This document shows positions 49,101 to 58,100 of a stretch of DNA of 64,000 bases, piece after piece. The notes below the pieces were generated by a model. That model did not search any database and was not told where the DNA came from. It saw only the letters and a list, made by a program, of their open reading frames with translations. Every line of letters begins with the position of its first letter. Position 1 is the first letter of the stretch. The stretch is taken from assembly GCA_965204345.1 (NCBI GenBank), contig OZ241981.1:576001-640000 (forward strand). Direction: 5' to 3'. Position numbers and translations under genes: made by a program. The stretch is from Nitrosopumilus sp. (lineage in GTDB: Archaea > Thermoproteota > Nitrososphaeria > Nitrososphaerales > Nitrosopumilaceae).

Positions 49101-52100
49101 ACTAGCACTGCCACCATCAGCTGCATCAACAGGTATGACTACTACTAGCAGGCTTTCTGTGAGGCCGTGTGTGACTGTAAAGGTGTATTGGGCTCCCTCT
49201 CCCGCAAAGGAAGTTATCAGGCCAGGTGTGGTGGTGGTTTCATCAATACGCACTATAATATCATCCTGGTCAAATCCCGTAACAGCTCTGCCAAATGTTA
49301 CCGTAAATTCGATGGCCTCAAGGTTGGTGAGATCGCCTACATCCGTAGTCAGAGATACGGATATACGATCCAGATAGTTTATTGTAAACTCTGCGGGTGT
49401 AAAGTAGTTTCCATCAGAGAAGGTTGTCTGTACTGTACATGTTAGCCCGCCAGTAGAGTCTTCTAAAACCTCAAATGTAAACACGCCACTGTCTGGTGAG
49501 GTAGATCTAAATGTACAGTCATCAGAGGTTATAGTATCAACTATTGACAGTGACTTGTCATCTGTGTAATAGTCGTTAATGTCAATTGTAACTGTCCTAG
49601 ACTGGTCTGATAGGACGTCAATTACCAGAGGCGTTGCAGTTCGTACGGGTGCGGGATTTTCTGTGACTACCAGCTCAAAAGAGTATGGCTGCCCCGTGCT
49701 TTGCGTCGTGCCGTCTGAAATGTCAAAGGATACCACACATGTAGTGCCGACATCATTTGCGACGGGATCAATTTGCATGTTATGATTGTCTAGTAGTGTA
49801 ACATCCAAGGTGACACCAGCAGCGCAGCTTGAGAAATTATTGAAAGACAGTGTTTCAAATTCAGGATCCACAAAGTGATCACGCAGTGAAATTTGCGGAA
49901 CAGTTCGGTTTGGATATTCGACTGTTGCAGATGGTACGGAGGCAGGTATTGGTGGCAGTAGGTTAGTTACGGTAGATAACACACGGTATGAGGATGTAAA
50001 CTGTTCTGTTGCAGAGCCGTCTGTCACATCAAAGGTAAAGCTACAGTCTTCAGGATATGTCACCGCGTTGTTTGGCGTTGCAGTAACGGTAAAGGCACCC
50101 GTCGGATTTACAGTTACGCTAGATGACTGGCATGCATTGTTATCTAGGGTATAGGACAGGGTATCACCGTCCGGATCTGCAATGTTGGTAGCTAGGTTGC
50201 CTGTGTGTGTCTCATCAATATTAAATGAAAAACTAGGTGGTACAGTTCCAGCAGGAACACGATTGACATCTGTGACAGTCAGTGTAAATGACCCAGTAGT
50301 GGTATCAGCACCATCATCTAGCTGATATTCTACCTGAATTTCAGTAGAGAGGTCAAAGTCATCCCTTATGCTGGTGCCAGTTGGGGGATGAGCCACTACA
50401 TCAAAAGGTATGTTGCCTGTGACTAGTCCATCCAAATTTATGTTCAGATAACTATGACCGGTACTTATGAAACCGACATCAGCGGGGAAAAAGTTAGCAG
50501 GTAATGATACCTGATGTGAAAGAGATTCACCCTCTGCAACAGTTACGGTTGGAAGGCTAAGATAGTTTATTGTAATCTCTGTATCTGTGTGCCTGTTTCC
50601 ATCAGAGAAGGTTGTCTGTACTGTACATGTTGATGCACTAGCAAAAGCACCTAGGGGTACAAATTCAAACTGTCCATTTGACCTAGTGATAGAGTTAAAA
50701 TCTGTACAGTCATCAGATGTGGGATCAGAGACCAGTGTCAGTGTCGTGGCATCAGTATAATAGTCGTTAATGTCAAGTATAACATTTCGGGGCTGGTCTG
50801 CTGGGACATCAACTGTCAGGGGTGTTGCAGTACGTACGGGTGCGGCATCCAGTATCACAGATATGTTTACAGTGTAGGTGCCGCCAGTGCTGGCAATAGT
50901 GCCATCAGAGATGTCAAAGGAGAGCGTACATGTCTCAGCAGCTGAGGATACAAACCTGAACGTATTAGAGCCAGCTGGTGGCTGCTGCGTCAGGGTTCCA
51001 GTACAGTCATCTGATGGATTGGTGTACGATAGCGTATCACCTTCGGGGTCTGTAAAGTGGTCATCAAGTGAGAACTCTTGGTGTGTAGCCAGTACAGGGT
51101 GCTGTAGGGTTATGCCAGGTGTTACAGCAGGAACTGGTGGCAGTGTGTTGGTAGTTATGGTAACTGTAACTGAATTAGATGCGGCGTTGGGGTTGCCTGC
51201 AAGGTCTGCTGCCACGCCTGCTGCTATTGATGCAGTTACGGTGCCGTCTGTCGAGCCTCGAGCTACATCAAAGGTGTATGTGCGGGCATCAACTGTTGCA
51301 AAGTTGGATGCTGCTGGAGCACCGCCGTTGGCAGAGCCTGTTATCGTAATGTCACCTAGTTCAAAGTTCTGGACATTCTCGCCAAATGTTGCAGTAAATG
51401 TTACTGAGTCATCACGAGTGGTGGTGCCATCGGCAGGTGTAATGGTTACAGAGGGGTTTATCCTGTCCACTGTCAGTGCAGCAGTGGCACTTGCTGTGTT
51501 GCCCTCTGCTACCACATTGGGAGGTATTCTTACTGTTAGCTGACCTTCTGTGGCGATTCCGTGTGTGACTGTAAAGTCGTATTGGGTACCACTAGTTCCA
51601 GTAAAGGCAGTTATCAGGCTATTAGGTGCTGAGGTTCCGTTAATTGCCACAACGATATCAGAGCGCTCAAATCCTGTGACATCCTCGTCAAAGGTTGCAG
51701 TAAAGTCGATGGTCTCAGAGTTGGTGGGATCAGTTGCATCTGTGCTCAGAGATACGGATCGGATGTCTATGGTGATGGTAACTGGAACAGATGCCATATT
51801 GGGGTTGCCTGCTGAATCTACTGCAACATTTGCTGCAATTGACACGATTACTGTTCCGTCTGTAGAGCCCCGAGCAACATCAAAGGTGTAGACACTGCCT
51901 TCTCCATTAAGGTTGGATGCTACCGGATTGCCGCCGTTTGCAGTGCCTGTTACTGTAATGTCTTCCAGCTCAAAGTCCTCAACATCCTCGGTAAATGTTG
52001 CCGTAAATGGTACCGTATCAAGTCCAGTGCTACTGCCTGCAGATGAACTGACAGAGACAGTTGGGGCAAGGGTTTCTATTATGACAATAGCGGAACTAGA

Positions 52101-55100
52101 TGATGCCTCGTTGGGGTTGCCTGCTGAATCTACTGCCACATCTGCTGCAATCGACACGATTACTGTTCCGTCTGTAAAGCCCCGAGCAACATCAAAGGTG
52201 TAGATACTGCCTTCTCCATCAAGGTTGGATGCTACCGGATTGCCGCCGTTTGCAGTGCCTGTTACTGTAATGTCTTCCAGCTCAAAGTTCTCAACGTCCT
52301 CGCTAAATGTTGCCGTAAATGGTATCGTATCAAGGTTGTTGAGAATGTCTGCTGTTGTAGTTACAGAGACGGTTGGGGCAATGGTTTCTATTGTGACGGT
52401 AACTGGGGCAGATGCGGCGTTGGGGTTGCCTGCAAGGTCTGCTGCCACGCCTGTTGCTATGGATGGAATTACGGTTCCGTCTGTGGTGCCGCGAGCAACA
52501 TCAAAGGTGTATGTGCGGGCATCAACTGTTACAAAGTTGTCTGCTGCAGGACTGCCGCCGTTTGCAGTGCCTGTTACTGTAATGTCAGATAGGATAAAGT
52601 TCTGGACATCCTCACTGAATGTTGCCGTAAATGTTACTGGGTCATCACTGGTGGCGGTGCCATCGGCAGGCGTAATGGATACGGATGGCCTTATCATGTC
52701 CACTGTAATAGTATGTACAGCATCTGTATTGCCCTCAATGGTTACACCATCAGGTATTGTTGCTGTTAGCTGACCTTCTGTAGTTATGCCGTGTGTGACT
52801 GTAAAGGTGTATTCGGCTCCATCTCCAGTAAAGGCAGTTATCAGATCAGATGTGGTGGTTCCGTTAATTGCCACGACAATATCTGATTGCTCAAATCCTG
52901 TGACATCCTCATCAAAAGTTGCTGTAAATTCGATAATCTCAGAGTTTGTGGGATCAGTTGCATCTGTGCTCAGAGATACAGACGGGATGCTAGGGTCTAT
53001 GGTGACGGTAGCTGGGATAGATGCCTCGTTGGGATTGCCTGCTGAATCTACTGCCACATCTGCTGCAATTGACACGATTACTGTTCCGTCTGTAGAGCCC
53101 CGAGCAACATCAAAGGTGTAGATACTGCCTTCTCCATCAAGGTTGGATGCTACCGGATTGCCGCCGTTTGCAGTGCCTGTTACTGTAATGTCTTCCAGCT
53201 CAAAGTCCTCAACATCCTCGGTAAATGTTGCCGTAAATGGTACCGTATCAGCGTTGGTGCTACTTCCTGCAGATGAACTGACAGAGACAGTTGGGGCAAG
53301 GGTGTCTATTGTGACAATAGCGGAACTAGATGATGCCTCGTTGGGATTGCCTGCTGAATCTACTGCCACATCTGCTGCAATTGACACGATTACTGTTCCG
53401 TCTGTAGAGCCCCGAGCAACATCAAAGGTGTAGATACTGCCTTCTCCATCAAGGTTGGATGCTACCGGATTGCCGCCGTTTGCAGTGCCTGTTACTGTAA
53501 TGTCTTCCAGCTCAAAGTCCTCAACGTCCTCGCTAAATGTTGCCGTAAATGGTACCGTATCAGCGTTGGTGCTACTTCCTGCAGATGAACTGACAGAGAC
53601 AGTTGGGGCAAGGGTGTCTATTGTGACAATAGCGGAACTAGATGATGCCTCGTTGGGATTGCCTGCTGAATCTACTGCCACATCTGCTGCAATTGACACG
53701 ATTACTGTTCCGTCTGTAGAGCCCCGAGCAACATCAAAGGTGTAGATACTGCCTTCTCCATCAAGGTTGGATGCTACCGGATTGCCGCCGTTTGCAGTGC
53801 CTGTTACTGTAATGTCTTCCAGCTCAAAGTTCTCAACGTCCTCGCTAAATGTTGCCGTAAATGGTATCGTATCAAGGTTGTTGAGAATGTCTGCTGTTGT
53901 AGTTACAGAGACGGTTGGGATAATGCTTTCTATTGTGACGGTAACTGGGGCAGATGCGGTGTTGGAGTTGCCTGCAAGGTCTGCTGCCACGCCTGTTGCT
54001 ATGGATGCAATTACGGTTCCGTCTGTAGTGCCACGAGCAACATCAAAGGTGTATGTGCGGGCATTAACTGTTACAAAGTTGTCTGCTGTTGGAGCACCGC
54101 CATTTGCAGTGCCTGTTACTGTAATGTCTTCCAAGCCAAAGTTCTCAACGTCCTCGTTAAATGTTGCAGTAAACGTTACTGGGTCATCACTAGTGATGGT
54201 GCCATCGACAGGCGTAATGGATACGGATGGCTTTATCCGGTCCACGGTGATAGTGACGGTATCCCCAGTGTTACCGCCGTCGACCACATCAGTAGGTATT
54301 GTTACTGTAAGCACACCTTCTGTGATGCCATGTATGACTGTAAAGGTGTAATCGGAGCCAGGTTGTCCATTAACGGTAGGTATAAGACCAAGTGGGGCGC
54401 GGACTCCGTCAATTGTCACGACAATATCAGACGAGACAAATCCTGTGACAACACTACTAAATATTGCCGTAAATGGTATGGCCTCAAGAGTGGTGAGATC
54501 TCCTGCAACTGTATCAAGGGATACGGATGGGGCGCTGCTGGTATCTATGGTGACAGTAATTGGAATAGATGCGTGGTTTGGGCTGCCAGCAAGGTCTGTT
54601 GCGACATTTGCTGCAATTGATACGGTCACTGTTCCGTCTGTAGAGCCCCGAGCAACATCAAAGGTGTAGACACTGCCTTCTCCATCAAAGTTGGATGCTA
54701 CCGGATTGCCGCCGTTGGCAGTGCCTGTTACTGTAATGTCTTCCAGTTCAAAGTTCTCAACGTCCTCGGTAAATGTTGCCGTAAATGGTATGGTAGAAAG
54801 AGAGGTACTATCAGATGCAATTGTACTCAGAGATACGCCTGGCAAACGGTTGTTTGTAATAAGTGTAACTGAATTAGATGCGGTGTTGGGGTTGCCAGCT
54901 GAATCTGCTGCCACATCTGCTGCAATTGACACAGTTAGGACCGTATCCAAATTTTCAGTCAGAACACTAAAGAAGTATGTGTGATCATCATGCACCTCAA
55001 AATTGATTACAGTTAGATTCTCGCTGTTGGTAGTACCTGTTACTGTAATATCTTCCAGCTCAAAGTTCTGGACATCCTCGCTAAAGATTACCGTAAATGG

Positions 55101-58100
55101 TATAGGGTTCGTGCTTGTAGGAGAGGAGACTAGGGGGTGTGTAATGTGTGGAAATGGGCCTGTACGATCTACTGTAACAGATACATCATTAGATTGCAAA
55201 TTAACGTTGCCTGCAAGGTCTGCTGCCACATCTGCTGCAATTGACACGGTTACTGTTCCGTCTGATGAGCCCCGAGCAACATCAAAGGTGTAGACACTGC
55301 CTTCTCCATCAAAGTTGGATGCTACCGGATTGCCGCCGTTGGCAGTTCCTGTTACTGTAATGTCTTCCAGTTCAAAGTTCTGGACATCTTCATCAAAAGT
55401 TACTGTAAATGGTACGGTCTCAGCGTTGGTAAGTGTGGATGCAGTAGTTGTGATGGTTGGAGTTGGGCGTATGAGGTCGACTCTAACAGTTACTTCAGAA
55501 GATCCAGTATTACCGTTATCTGCCGCATCAAATGCTACATTTTGCGGTAAGGAATCACTTAGAACACCACTAACCTCACTGTACATGATATCAAAGGCGT
55601 ATGTGCGGGCATCAATTTGTTGAATGTTGGTCGCCTGACTGCCGGCTAGTATAAAGGAAGTCTCACCGAATCTCTGGACATCCTCGCTAAATTCTACTGT
55701 AAATGTTATTGTATCAGTGTTGACAGTCTCGGGGGCGTGCAAGGTTGCCGTTGGTCTCTGAGTATCAATCTCAACTGTGATCTCGTTGGATGGATCAACG
55801 TCAGCACCACCAAAAAGGGTGCTTGGCTGTAGGGATGCAGTTACGGTTCCATCAGAGGATCCGCGTACAACATCAAAGGTAGCTGTGTGGTCATCAATTT
55901 CCGTATAGCCAGATAGTGCCGGACTGCCGTCATTGGCAGTGCCCGTTACGATAATATTATAATCAAATAAGTTATCTGCGATAGTGGCACCAACCTCCTC
56001 ATTAAATGTTATTGTAAATGGTATGGTGGTAAGTTTGGTGATTGGGTTGGCAGTTGTGCTCAGGGTTACTATTGGGATAGGTTCAGTGGTAGAAAATGAG
56101 CCAAATGAGCTAAAGTGTGTGGTCCAGATTATCATATCAGATCCTGCACGAGTAAAACAGGATTCCAGCGCGCTGCCAGCTGCAAGATTAGTATTTGCAG
56201 TAGCCTGATTGACAGGAACAAACGAGCACTCAGTTAGCGGTCGTGATACCACAAGTCCATCAGCATCTTCTCCTGAGAAAAAGGCACCATCCTGCCCTGC
56301 CTGGCCAGGCAACAGTAACCTGACTGCCTGATCAAATGTCAATCTAGTGGTGCCATCACCTACTGAGAATACAAGTCCTGTCACATCATTGTCCGGACTT
56401 GGTGGAGCAGCAGTAGAGACAGATGGAACAGTTATGGTGCCTGCCCAGTCATCAGATGAGCCGCTTACGATTATGCCGTCCGGATAACTAACAGATACTG
56501 TTGCAGAAGAGACATCAGAAGTGATATTTACAGCAGAATCAGAGACTCTCACGCTCTTGACTCCTCCCTGATCATCAAATGTTGGGGCACCATTAAAGTC
56601 AAGCATCTGGCCACCAATAGCGGTAATAGTGTCAGGTAGTGTGTTAGATATGACGTTGAGGATACTCAAATTAGAAGATGGTGTAAATGTTACTCCGCCA
56701 TCATCGCTTCCGACTGGGACATTGATCTCAACTCCGATTCCGGTAATCTCGTTGGTAAAGGTAGACGTGAATGTGGTAATATCATCAGGTGGTGATGATA
56801 CAGATGGCAAGATATCAATTTGAATGGTGTTATCCCCCTTTTTTAGCAGTCCAGAATTGACTTTGATATCGTAATTTGCTTTTACGTCCTGAGCAAGCGG
56901 GTCAGATGATGAGCTGTATCCATAACCATAAGGACCGGTGCCCAAACCGCCATAGCCGCCACTTAGCATATTGGTAATGCCATTAAAGTTCAATGCCACA
57001 ATTTTACCCTTAACGTCTGCTGTCTGTCCAAAGTTGGCAGCAAGGGCATTTGAGAGACGGTTGCCAAACAAATCAAAGAATGCAACGACCTCATCAGAGT
57101 CACCGGGGTTGAGGACCACTCTGAGGACGGAGGGATCATCAGGAGAGATTTCGGGATTGAATGCAGAGCCTGGCAGAACCAGGGATAGCTGGCCTGCACT
57201 GCCCATCACGGTGATGCGGTTGTTGTTGCTGCTGCCAACAAATAAATCATGAATGACAAAGCCGACATCATCTATTACAACAGTGACATCGCCAGATGGA
57301 GTTACTCTGGTAATTGATGAGCCGCCAGCTACGACATAGTCTCCGTTTGAGGCAATCTTGACGGCGAGAGGATCTGCATTATCATTAGTTATGCCAGTTG
57401 CAATAACAGTTACAGTACCACCTGCATCTACTTGGTACAGGGTGCCACCGGTTCCAGCATTAGAAACATAAACATAGCTGCCAGTTGCTGACTCTACAAC
57501 ATCAAATGCATTGCCCTGTGGTGTATTAGTATTAGAGTTAACTGTAACATAGTTGCCTGCACCATCAACTATCATATCAGTTATGCCAGTAGCAGTATCT
57601 TCAAGTTCAGTTACAGTGCCATCCGGACTTACCTGGGATATGACACCATCAGATGTTGCTACAACAAGATTGCCAGTACCGCCAGGCTGATTTGCAACTG
57701 CAATTATATTTGGAATATCTGCAATATCAGACTCTGTGCCGCTTGCACTTAGTCCAATCAGCTTGCCATTGCCATTATCAGCAATAACATAGTCTCCGTT
57801 TTGATCAACTGCAAAATCAGTGGCAGAGGAAATATTGGTAGATGTACCTACAAGACTTGTCAGAGTTGCAGGAGTGAGTGGCAAAGTCAGGCCATCATTG
57901 GTGGCAGGATCACTAATCCTAAGCTCTATTGACAGTATGTCATCAATATCGGCAAGCACACCGTTGGTAAAATCGACAAAAATTTCATTATCAGTAAGGG
58001 ATATGGTTACAGCATCAATTCCAGGATATGGCGAAAAGAGCACGGCAAATATGACTATCGCTACTGCTAGTGCTCCAAATTCCCGTTTAGACTTTGTCCT

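Noticed and set aside
41029-49377. Very long plus-strand ORFs (446, 931, 1191 aa) and many shorter ones opposite the giant genes
   Set aside because: Antisense shadows in codon register with the Thr/Asp/Val/Ala-rich repeats, which rarely use TTA/CTA/TCA; they only mirror the repeats.
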